Positions 1 through 10,794 of a DNA stretch of 64,000 bases are shown one piece after another. The position numbers and the translations under genes were made by a program. Source of the stretch: Camelus dromedarius. Lineage: Eukaryota. Location of the stretch: contig NC_087438.1 in NCBI RefSeq assembly GCF_036321535.1, positions 3,846,001 to 3,910,000 on the forward strand. The letters run 5' to 3'. A model generated the notes under the pieces. The model was not told where the DNA came from. It saw only the letters and a list, made by a program, of their open reading frames with translations, and searched no databases. The first letter of the stretch is position 1. Every line of letters starts with the position of its first letter.

Positions 1-989
1 GAGTGCTGTTGGGGGTTAGAGGTGAGGTCAGCGTGGACAGGGGATGTAAGGCGAGGCAAGCACAGATGGGCAGGATTAGGTCACCAGCAACCCCGACGAC
101 GGCCGTTCCATTGGGGTGCTGGGAAAACCTCGGCGATGTGGGTGGACAGCTTGTCCACAAAGTGTGGAGACACATGGACCTAGTTGCACACGGACTGGAG
201 AGAAAACATAAATAAAACAACATCAGCGTGATGACTTAGGAGAACACTGAACTGTCTTCTGAGCAGCCTCTCTGCCTCCCCTTTGCCCCTTCTGCGCACA
301 CTCTGCACAGCACCAGCATGGCTCTCCTGGAAGGCCAGTTAGGTCATTACACGCGCTCAAAACCCCACACGATGTCGCGCCCCGATCACAGGCCGGCCCC
401 CTACCTCCCTGAGCTCTGCTGTCGCCCACCCCTTGCTCTTGCTGCCTCAGCTCTCCCAGAAGTTCTGAGTTTTGCCCCCGGCCAAATGGTGCAGGTTTAC
501 AGGAGACAGTAAAGGTGCTCCTATAAACCCACAAGGCAAAAGACTGACAGTGCAGCGGGAAAACAGGCAACGATATGGACGAGCAACACACAGAAGGGGA
601 AATACAGGTGGTCAGAAATCTCGGCACCCCTGGCCTGCAGGAAAACGGAAGCCAAAGCGGCAGCAGCCTCACGTTGCCTGCCCAGCAGACGAGCAGAGCG
701 TGGCGAGGACCCCCTCTTCCGTCCGGAGGAGGAGCCAGAGAAATAGGCTGACTGTGGCTGGGCACGACGGGAACGGCTACAGCTCTTTGAAGTGTGTCTC
801 TGACAACTTGATGGACACACAACCTTTGCCCCAGAAACCCCATTTTTAAAAGAATCTATCTCATTATGATTAAAAATCAGGATATTGTTTGTACAAGAAT
901 ATTTCTGAATATCAAAAACACTGGAAAATGGTCTGAAAGCCCATCCGTAGCTAAGATTTAGTTAATAAATATCACCTCATACTGTGAGA

Positions 990-1631
990 TGTTGTTATGT
1001 TGCTACTTGTTTCAATTGATGCTAAGTTTTCCCTGATTTCTAAGGATATTCATTAAGCATTTTTGAAAAAATGGTTCTGCTTTCTGCACTGTCTCTGTCT
1101 CCTCCTCATTTCCTTCCGCCCCCACCCAGTATGCGGTTTTCACTGGACCTCCTGTCTTCACCCCGTGCCCTGTGCGCGGCTGTGCCCGCAGCCCCCGAGG
1201 ACCGACGCCCACATACCGAGGGGGAGGAGCTGGAGGAGGAGGCAGAAGGCAGCTTCTGCACGTGGGCTGGGTTGGAAAACCGGGGGCCCCACAGCCACTC
1301 TCAGGGGGTGTCCTTTATTCTCTCCTGCCCTCCATCCGTGTTTCGGGCATCCCAGCTACAGCTCCCCACTTCCCGAGCCCACCTGGGGTCTTGGCACAGA
1401 GTGCCTTGCTTAGGACCCCCAGTGCCAGCTTAGGTTTCACTGCTGTTGTTGCCAAAACAAAAAGTGTTTATTCATCTGCTTTCCAGCTTCCAAAATAGTG
1501 CAGCTCCCACCTCTGTTTCCACTCTCTTCTTTCTCATAACTTACGCATTTTTACCCCTTTTCCACAATTTAAGTGGATTTTGGCAGGGAGCAAGGTAGAC
1601 ACGTGTGTTCCATCATTTTTAAAGGGAGGCC
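990..1631 (-). mobile_element. HAL1/ancient L1-like 5' region fragment
   Basis: 'ttaggtttca...ctgctttccagcttccaaaat...gtggattttggcagggagcaaggtagacacgtgtgttc' resembles the reverse complement of the recalled HAL1 5' end. Left boundary is approximate. Confidence 0.55.
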
Positions 1632-1634
1632 CTT

Positions 1635-1835
1635 ACATTAGTCGGCTGGGCTGTTGTTACAAAGTGCCGGAGGAGGTGTGGCTTAAAAGACCGATGGTTA
1701 CTTTCTCACCGTGCTGAAGGCTGGAGGTTCAAGATGAAGTTGTCAGCAAGGTTGGTGTCTTCCAAGGCCCCGAGGCTCCTTGGCTTGTGGAAGGCTGTCC
1801 CTTGCTGTGTCCCCACAGGGTCTTCCCTCTGTGCC
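1635..1835 (-). mobile_element. MaLR LTR fragment (MLT1-type)
   Basis: 'attagtc..gggctgttgttacaaagtgcc...ggcttaaaa...tttctcac..gctggaggttcaagatgaagttgtcagcaaggttggt' is the typical antisense MLT1 3' half. Confidence 0.75.
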
Positions 1836-3021
1836 TAGGTTCTTGTCACAGATGGAGAGAAGGAGATTGTTGACAAAAACACCCTTCCCCAGGCATCTAC
1901 AGGGAGGTGGCCTAGACGTCCCAGAGCCCCGCTGGGGTCGGGAGTGGGAAGCGAGGGACAGACAGGACAAATGTGAGCGGGTTTAATGCACTTCAAGCAA
2001 AGCAGGTTGTGTCTCAATTTTGTTTTTTATCTGGTTAAATTCAACTATTCTGTTTAAATTGAAAGTAAAAACACAGTAATTTGGACCAGAATTTCTCCAC
2101 CAGTTTTGTTCCAAAAAATCGAGCTCCTCGTACCTTTTTAAGACTTCTCTATATTTGGAAAATGTTTTAAAAGATGAAAAAAGTAGGAAAATTCAAGCGA
2201 AAAAGATAATAAACATGTACATATACTACCAAGAAATAAATGAATGGAAGAAAACTCTGGCTAAGCATTCGGTGTTGCTGAGAAGCGAAGTTGAATTTGC
2301 CACATTTATTTCCAAGAGCCTGGATGAGGGTTCTTCTCCCAGGTCTGCCTGTTGGGTTTTCACACGAACATTTTCATCTGCCTGTGGGTTTTCATCTGAA
2401 TATACAATAGGGGACCCATTTAGGTAACCGTTGGAAGTGATAACTTTTCCTTTGAGCCTTCAAAGAAGTCGGCTGGCCTTGAACACCTGCCACGTGATCC
2501 CACGTGAGTGTGATCCGACACTTCCAGTTAGCGTGTGCACGGGATTGGGTGCCACCCAAGTGAGAAGAGGAAGAGCAGTGCGATGTAACAAGTGCAAACA
2601 CACACATGCTGTTTCAGGAGGCTCTCGCTCAGTTTTATAACTTGTGTAACAAACTTTTCGGTTTTTGTTGTTGTGTAAGTTTAACTTTCTGTAACACTTT
2701 ATCTAATTATTGTCAGAGCTTTCTTAAGGGAAAAATCCGTCCTGTGATCAAAGTTATGCAAGTCAGTGTCACAGGCAACGGCGGGGGGGGGGGCACGCCA
2801 TGTGGTATATGGGTGTTAGCCTTGACTAGTTATCTCAGTGTTGCCCTTTGTCAGACTTCTTATGTAAGATCACGTGTACGGATAGTATTTCTAGACGTGA
2901 GTCTCTATGCTATCTTATTGGATTTTCATGATGCCTGGGTCAAGATTATCCTCTTTGACAGAAACAGAAAGTAAACACAGGTCCCTTCCTATTCTTAAAG
3001 GTGGTATGGCCCTCCATTCAC

Positions 3022-3221
3022 TTAGAATAGATCAACAAGATTATACTGTACAGCACAGGGAAATATACACAAGATCTTATGGTAGCTCACAGAGAAAAAA
3101 ATGTGACAATGAATATATATATGTTCATGTATAACTGAAAAATTGTGTTCTTCACTAGAATTTGACACAACATTGTAGAATGATTATAACTCAATAAAAA
3201 AAGTTAAATAAATAAATAAAA
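3022..3221 (+). mobile_element. Young, severely 5'-truncated L1 3' end (camelid-like)
   Basis: 'tactgtacagcacagggaaatatacacaagatcttatggtagctcac...tttgacacaacattgta...tcaataaaaaa' followed by a (TAAA)n tail. Confidence 0.85.
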
Positions 3222-3761
3222 TGTAGACAATAATAAACTAGACAAGTATGACAAATGTGCCCTAGAGGGATGAGAACACACCAAGTCACCCCAATACCGG
3301 GGAGCAGGAGTCCCAGGGCTGTGTCAGGGACACGTCCTCCCCTCACCTCCTGGTCCACCTGGCAGTTGCTGCAGCTCTCAGGAAAATGAGCCCCTTCTCA
3401 AGCCCCTCCTCCTTGTCCCCAGTGTGTGGTGGTCGTGAGTCTTGGACCTGCCTGCGACCTGTCCCTTCCCTTGTCTGTCCTCCTTACCCAGCAGGGCCGC
3501 TCTCCTCCGCTGGGGGACTCCTGCACCTGGGTCTTTGCAACAGTGTCCAAGTGTCCCAGTCTGCTTCCCTGACCCCTGTCCCTCCTGCTGAAAGCTACCC
3601 TGCAGATGACAGCCACACGTTTGTTTGTTCTTTTCTTGTGCCAGGACCCTATTTAAAATGCTGTGAGTCAGTCTATCTTCCAGTGTAGAAACTCTAACTC
3701 ACAGGCTTGTCTTTGAGGTCTCTGAAACTCCCCTCTGCTCGTGACCCCCTCTGTGTTTGAG

Positions 3762-4064
3762 ACTTGAGGTTGATCTGGATTATTGGAGTGGGCCACAAGT
3801 GTAATTACAGAGCTCCCTTTTAAAAGGATAGGAGGGTCAGTGGGGGGCAGGCAGCAAACACAGTGGAAGCAGAGACTGGAAGATGCATCCAGGAGCCGAG
3901 GGATGGGGTGGGCCAGAAAGGAGCTTTCAGAAAGAACCAGCCCTACTCACACCCTGATTTCCGCACCTTAAGACTCGGACTTGCATAATGTAAGATAATA
4001 AATGTATGTTGTTTTAAGCCAATACATTTGTGGGGACTTAGAGCTGCCATAAGAAATGAATACA
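3762..4064 (+). mobile_element. MLT1 LTR fragment
   Basis: 'agaaagaaccagccctactcacaccctgattt...taagataataaatgtatgttgttttaagcc...aagaaatgaataca' ends in the canonical TACA. Confidence 0.8.
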
Positions 4065-5921
4065 TGACTCAAAGGTAGAAATTATTAACTCAAAGGTGGC
4101 CGCGCTCGCTCACTGTGGTACAGCTGCTCAGGAGAGGGTGCTGCCTTCTGAGGTCAAATTGTGCTCCTGCAAACACAAGAGCTGTCCTCAGCACCTCCAG
4201 GCTGCCCTGTGTTTTTTTTTCTTGGAATCCTCTAAAAGCAATACTGCTCATCTTTCTGGCCAAGCTCAAATTTGCTTCACTTCTCCCTTCAAAAAGGTTT
4301 CTGTGTGTCCAACAACGTCCCCCCCACGTCTCTAAGCCAGCAGTTGAATGACTTAGTGGTTGTATCTGGAGCAGGCGATTCAATGGCCTTCTGCACTGCG
4401 GATTCTCTGTGGCTGGTTCTTCCTCTGCAGTCAGCTATCAGCTCCTGTAAGGCACAGTCCTCGTGATGAAAACAACACAGCAGCGGCTGCAGGGGCAACA
4501 ACACCCCAAACCCCTGCCTTGCGGGGCATCGCCCTGCTGCTCTGCACCGAGCGCCTTCCGTCGCATTGCCGGTGCAGCCTTACTGGCCGGGCACTTTGTA
4601 GGGCTCCCTGGCTGTTGGTTTGCCTGATGCTTTCTCCTGATTAGATTGAGGTTCTGCATTTTCAGCAAATATAGCACAGAAGTGGTGCTCCCCCAGCCCT
4701 CTCCATCCCCAGGAGACTCGGGGGAAAGGTGTCCTTACCTAGGGAGGCTGCTTGCACCTGCCCTGTTGTATGGGATGGGGACAGGAAGAGAGAAATGTGA
4801 TCTGGAACAAGGGGTGGGCTGTGTAGTCCCAACACTTTACCCAATAACACAGATCAAGGGACTGTTCACTGGGGCAGGAATCCTGAACTTGTATGTTTTC
4901 AAGAGTGGCATCTAAAATACCCTTGTCTTAACAGAAATTTCTGTGCCATCTGGTCTCTTCTGAGCCCCAGCTTTGTTTTGTGGGGTCCCTCCCTATTGAA
5001 GTCTCCTGATTCCTTTTCTGATGGGTCTCAGGGTGTCCCTGGCTTTACTTTTAACCCCTCATTCCCGTCACCTTCCCCTGTGTCAGATGCAATGGGTCAG
5101 CTGCTAGCTCCCTTTTATGTTGGAAGACAGGGCTTGACTTGTCCAGGCCCCACAAGCACGTAAGTGCAGGCACATGAGCCACCTGAGGCTCTGCCATTGC
5201 TCTCCCCGCCTGACTGTACCTGCACTGCGTCTCGGAACACGAGCAATTCGTCATTTCCTTGACACTCCAAGATCAGTCTTGGATCTCAGCTTTGCCTTTA
5301 ACCAACCAGCCTTGGGTGTCAACAACCCACTGAGGACCTTACAAACCAATGCACCTGCCAAAAGCTTTTCCTTCATGGTGTAAACTGATCTTTCCATTGT
5401 GATGTTCATGATGATTCTTATAAATAAGTGGTGGGCAACTGGGAGACAGCTGTGACCCCTCCAAGTTCTGTGATAAATGAGCAGAATGGGTGGACTGGAC
5501 AGCCATATCCAGTCATCAGATGTCAACGAAGGCACTTCCTTTGTGCTCTGTGTCCATTAGACAGAAGCCAGTTCCAAAGAAAGCCAGAGGCCCTGACAGT
5601 CCATAGTTTTCCACCCCAAAGCACGAGGAGACCGCAGGTGGGAAGGTCAGGAGACTGCTGGGAGTGGGCTCAGAGTAGGTTTTAGTTAGTGAAGGATTTT
5701 GAAGAGAAGGAGGCTCTCTGGATTCTGTGCAGCTGTCCCTAAGGATGGGTGTATCAGCAGGAGTGAGAGCCCTTCATCCTTGCTTGCATCCTGAAAATAA
5801 ACGCTTCTTATGAATAGGAAAGGGTGGGCTGGGAGGTGAGCCTGTGCCCTAAGAAGGTACAGGGGCAGTGTGCGAATGTGGACGTTCTTGGACCACACAC
5901 AGGCTGCTTTCACCTGGGAGG

Positions 5922-6503
5922 TGAGTCCGGGTGAATTTGCCCCCACGTGTCCACACCCTAATTCGTGGACCCCATGTTTTGTCATGGAAGAACTCTGTAG
6001 GTAGAATTAAGGCTGCAGATCTTAGAACACAGAGATTATCCTGAGTTATCTCCCAGGAGATACACTGGTGGGCTTGGTATAATTATGTTAACCTTAAAAG
6101 GGGGAGAGGGAGGCAGAAGACTCATCAGAGGGATGTACCAGCAGAAGATGAAGCAGGAAGGTCCTGAAGCCGCGAGGGACTCAGCCCGTCCTTGCTGGCG
6201 TGAAGATGGAAGAAGGAGCCGTGAGCCAAGGAGTGCAGACGGTCCCTGAGAAGCTGGAAACAGCCTTCAGCCGGCGCCTTCAGCTGAGGAAGCGGGGCCT
6301 CTGTCCTACTACGAGAAATTGAATTCTGCCAACTACCCAGCTTAGCCAGAAGCAGATTCTTCCTTACAGCCTCCAGGATGGACCACATCCTGCTGACACG
6401 CAGATTTTAGCCTGGTAGGACCCGAGTCAGATTTCTGCCCTTCAGAATTGTAAAACCACAAAACCGTTGTCTTAACTCAGTAACTTGTGGTTGGTTTGTT
6501 ACA
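5922..6503 (+). mobile_element. MLT1D/E-like LTR
   Basis: 'gagattatcctgagttatc...gagccaaggagtgcagacggtccctgagaagctggaaa...agcagattcttccttacagcctccag...tttgttaca'. Confidence 0.85.
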
Positions 6504-6624
6504 CATCTCGGTGGTCCGCAGGACTGCATACAGACAGCACAGATAAACAAAGGAAAAGACTTTATATTTCATGCACAATTTTCCAATCTAAGGCGGTTCT
6601 AAAAAATTGAAACTGTGGGCTTTA

Positions 6625-6830
6625 TCACAGCTATTTGCTAACGCAAATATGAAATTGCTGAACACTGAGCCTTTGGGTAAACAGGTGTTGCTCCAGCTAA
6701 CTGACCGTCCAATGAGAAATCACATCCACTTGGGCCAGGAAATAATCCCTTGTCTGTTTTTCATGTCATCTTTCATGATTTCCCTATTTAACTGCTACTT
6801 TTTTCAATAAACATGCTGTTTTAGAAAAAC
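6625..6830. mobile_element. Possible degenerate Tigger-family (MER82-like) fragment
   Basis: Weak similarity ('gaaattgctgaacactgagcc...aataatcccttgtc...ccctatttaa') to a recalled consensus. Confidence 0.25.
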
Positions 6831-7859
6831 AACGTGTCAGTGATGAGTGTCCTGTCTTGAAAATGCAGCAGTACCTGGAGATCTGAAAAACATTCCATTT
6901 TTCTCTCTCTTTCTCAGTGACAGTTCCCTAAATTGCTAAATTGCTGCAATTTTCCAGACCCAGTGGGACTCCCAGGCCTTACTGAGTATCTGCCATGAAC
7001 TCCCGATTTTCTGTGTAATCGTCTCATTCGGGCACATTTTTGTTTTCTTTACCTGTTGTCTGGCATGTGGCAAGGTAACTCACTCCACAGAGGTGCCATC
7101 TATTTTTCTGGCCACAGAAAACAGTTATTCTGTAATACACCCAAGGAACACTCCAGAAAGGTCCACAAGGAGGTAGAGCAGGGGAGATTTTGATCCCGTA
7201 GGACCAGACCTAGAAAACATACCTGCCTGCACTCTTGGGGCCCTTCCCTCTTTGGGGCACCCCTGCCCTTTATTTCTGACCTCCAGCTCCCCCTTGATGC
7301 CTGAGGTCTTCTTCTGAGGACCCCTGGAGAGATCCTGGCACTTTTCAACCTGAACCCCAGCCACATTATGAATGAACGCAGACAGTGTTTGAAAACTGTT
7401 GTTTTAAATCCTAATATATACAAATCATCTAACTGAAGGATGACCAGTGTCCCTGTGAGCACAACAACCTCAAGAAACCTATAGCCTTGTTGTGAATACA
7501 CCAACTTGTGTTTCACTGGCTTTTCTCCAGCCTGAGGAGGAGGATTCTCCAATCCTATGCAAAGTTTCCTCCCCAAGTGTTTTGGGCATCCTCTTAACGC
7601 ACCTTACAGGTTTCATGAATTTCTTTGCTGTTGCAGACACTGGTTTCCGCCAGGTGCTGTCCGTGGCCTCCTCTGTCTCAAACACTGCAGTCTCCAGCCA
7701 GAGGCCAGGTGTTTTGATATTAATTTCATGGATGTTTATTTGACTCCATTCCTTGCCTGGGTTTTCATTAAGTATACTTTCTCTGAGGGGTTTGTTACTC
7801 CTGTTTTGTGTATCAATCCAATAGGTCCAATTTCATAAACATTTTTCCCCCCACTTAGT

Positions 7860-8200
7860 GGATTTTATTTATTTAGAGCCATTTTATATACGTAGGGAAA
7901 TTATCGGAAAGTGAGGAGATACTCTCTGCTCCCCAGAACACAGTTTTCCCTGTTACTACCTTTTGTATCAGTGCGGTGCGTTTGCTAAAACCGGTGAATC
8001 TACCTTGATACACTATCACTAACTGAAGTTTGTAATGTAACTTAGAGTTCATTCTTTGTGTTGTGCATTATATGGGTTCTGACAAACGTGCAATGTCATG
8101 TCTCCGCAATTACAGTATCGTACAGAACGGTTTCACTGCCTTAAAAACCCTCTGTGCTCCACTAAGCCACCTCCCGCCCCCAACCCCTAGCAACTGCTGA
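7860..8200 (-). mobile_element. L1MC-like 3' end
   Basis: 'agagttcattctttgtgttgtgcattatatgggttctgacaaacgtgcaatgtcatg...tacagtatcgtacagaacggtttcactgccttaaaaaccctctgtgc...caacccctagcaactgctga'. Confidence 0.85.
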
Positions 8201-9648
8201 AGAACCATGGAAATGGCACACTGGCCAACACGGGGTCGTTCCAGTTATGAAGTGGGGCTAAAGGGCATCGCGTGATATTCACCACTGCAGATCTATCCAC
8301 CTTGTTTATTTCAGAGCTCTGGCCATACGAAGAAGAGGGGTTTGTATGTTATCAGAGCTCCTTCCCAAATCATAACTAGCAAAGGCAAGGGCCAGTCAGC
8401 AGAAGTGCCTCTGAAACAAGCCTGCACCCTAGGTTTGTCATCATGTATCAGCTTCCCAGTGTGACTCCTGTGATTCCTGTGGGTCCTCGGCTACAAGAAG
8501 TCAGGCACTAAGAAAGCCACACCTGCAACACTCCATGTCCCATTTTCAAGACCTCAAGAATTGCCTGATATCAATTACTGTCCAGTAAAGATCGTATTTT
8601 TCTGAGATGGGAGCAGTGCCTGTTTGTGCTGGCATAGCCACCCATCGTTTCCAAGATACACACCAGCACCGCACTTGACATCCAGAGGTCGGCTGCTGCA
8701 ATCTACCTGTCTAATTCTGTCATCACCCGTAGCTCTGTTTTCTCTCCTGTCCCTGGGGGTGTAGTTGTGCTGCAGGCTATTCTATCTTCAGGAGAGATTC
8801 CCCCCCCCAATGCAAGGAGAAAAGGACTGTCTGTATTTGGACAAATCTACTTTAAAGAAGAAGCAATCCTTATTTCAGAGCATACTTGTAAGATGATCGC
8901 TCAGACATGCATTTCCTTGGAAAGGATGCTGCGTGGTTGTCAACGCTCAGCTCTCAACATCCTAACTATCTCACAGGGCATCATCTTGGGGTGTGATGCA
9001 GACTGAGGCCACACTTTCAGACTGGGTCCTGGAGCCCAGACCTCGGAATCCAGTTTTTGGGGGCCCCTAGGAGGATGTTGCTCCCGTTTGGCTTCCTGAA
9101 AACTGAGGTCATTTAATTGCATGGGGCCCCCTCTTTTTCCAGGAATAGTTTTATTTTATATAGATATTCAGAGTCCAATATAGGGGACTGAAAATCACCT
9201 TCCACGGCACCCTTTTTCTAGATGATTCTCTGGAACTCAAGGTAATTAATCTACTTGGCAAACTCAAACCCCACCTTTTATCTTCTGAAGACCATCGCTT
9301 CACTGCCCAGGTATTGTAACACATTCTGTGGACTTTTTGTCAGACTTGGGCTCCTCACACAGTCCAATATTTTCATGTTATCATTTTTTTTACCCCATCC
9401 AAATTATTCATGCTTATTCTCATAATTCTTCGGTGGGTCATATTCTGTCTTGAAGGAGCTGGCCTCAGTTCTAGGACTTACAAGGTGCACTGAAGGTACA
9501 AGCTTCACAAGAACCCTTAGAATTCCACCCCCAAGTCCTCCTGGTGATTAGAACCATTTATTCCAGCAAATACAGAGCCTTAGTCTCAACTTTGATTCAG
9601 TGAAGTCATTGCTGTGTGGCCTGGTGGAATCATTCCTCTTTTGGAAAC

Positions 9649-9722
9649 TGTGATGGTTAATTTATGTGTCAACATGACTGGGACAATGAGGGACCAGTCA
9701 TCTGACCAAACAACATTCTCTG

Positions 9723-9767
<45 letters not shown>

Positions 9768-10093
9768 TGTTTCTGGATGAAATCAACATCTGAACTGACT
9801 GAGGAGTGCAAGTTGCCCTTCCTAACTTAAACAGAACTCATCAATTGAAAACCTGAACAGAACAAAAACATCTGACATTCCCATGATGAAGGCAGAATTC
9901 CTCTTGCCCGACTGCCTTGAGCTGGGACATGGGTCTTTTCCTGGCCTTTGAACTTGGACTGAAACGTTGATTCTTCTTGAGTCCTGAGCTTAACAGCTGC
10001 AGATCTTGTCACTTCTCAGCCTCCATAATCATGTGAGCCAACTCCTTATAATAAACCTATTGGTTTATTATTTCTCTGGAGAACCCTATCATA
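9649..10093 (+). mobile_element. MLT2-type solo LTR (ERVL)
   Basis: Starts 'tgtgatggttaatttatgtgtcaac' and ends 'tttctctggagaaccctatcata'. Contains 'cagcctccataatcatgtgagccaa'. Flanked by a near 5-bp TSD, GAAAC (9644-9648) / GGAAC (10094-10098). Confidence 0.92.
9725..9766. repeat. (GT)n microsatellite inside the MLT2 LTR
   Basis: About 21 perfect GT units. Confidence 0.97.
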
Positions 10094-10105
10094 GGAACTA
10101 AGACC

Positions 10106-10794
10106 GAGGACTGGAATTGAGGGAGCCAAGTGAATCATCTGTCTCAGGCACAAAATTTGAGGCACCAAAAGATTCTAGTCAAGATAAATAGTATTTTAAT
10201 GCAATATTTTAAAAAAAAAATCAATATTGATGCCAGAAATACATGATGAACAAAAATGCCAAAATTTGAAATGAAGACAAGACCCAACAGGAGCCAAACC
10301 ATTTTGGAGCCTAAGCAGCAAAGGGGAAAATGTGCATCCTTATATATAGGTTTTTGTGTATTTTGTTTTAGTAAATAATTTTTCTACAATATTAAAGTAG
10401 TTGAAAAAGTATTAAAAGATTGAAAGTAGGTATCTTGGAATTTGAAACATGTTAAAATGTTTTATTTATATCAAAAGCAGAATTTATTATAATGCTACTT
10501 TTTCTGGCTTTAATGGAAACAAATTCATGGTAATATTTTCAAAATCAACTTCCTTGCTTATCTCTTTTCAACTGAGAATTGCCGTGTTGGACAATTTCTC
10601 ATCACCAAGTGACAATTTTAAATAAAGCTTAATTAACGTCAGATTACAAAACCTGTCTTTATTTGAATTCCTAATATTGTGTTCACCAGAGCTTTTTTGA
10701 AAAATTGCATTAAAATATTATTTATCCCAATGAACGAGTTTTTGGCTCTTCTTACATCTGACTCTTGAGATAACTGCCTCACTTGTCTTACCTG
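10106..10794. mobile_element. hAT (Tip100-like, MER96B-like ends) DNA transposon with long inverted termini and a transposase C-terminal remnant
   Basis: The left arm 'caaaatttgaggcaccaaaa...aagataaatagtattttaatgcaatatttt' is the inverse of the right arm 'aaaattgcattaaaatattatttatccc...tttttggc'. Minus-strand 10648-10500 reads NLTLIKLYLKLSLGDEKLSNTAILS*KEISKEVDFENIT then, after a frameshift, EFVSIKARK, the hAT dimerisation-domain tail. Confidence 0.8.

Noticed and set aside
223..849. Overlapping ORFs in the GC-rich window start
   Set aside because: Open frames on both strands are expected in GC-rich DNA. No homology or splice structure.
6895..7080. Strong polypyrimidine-AG acceptor with a downstream AAG|GTAACT donor
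   Set aside because: No recognisable coding content or supporting exons. Such pairs are common by chance.
8200..9100. Possible further ERV-L-like internal sequence
   Set aside because: I could not align it convincingly to any recalled consensus.
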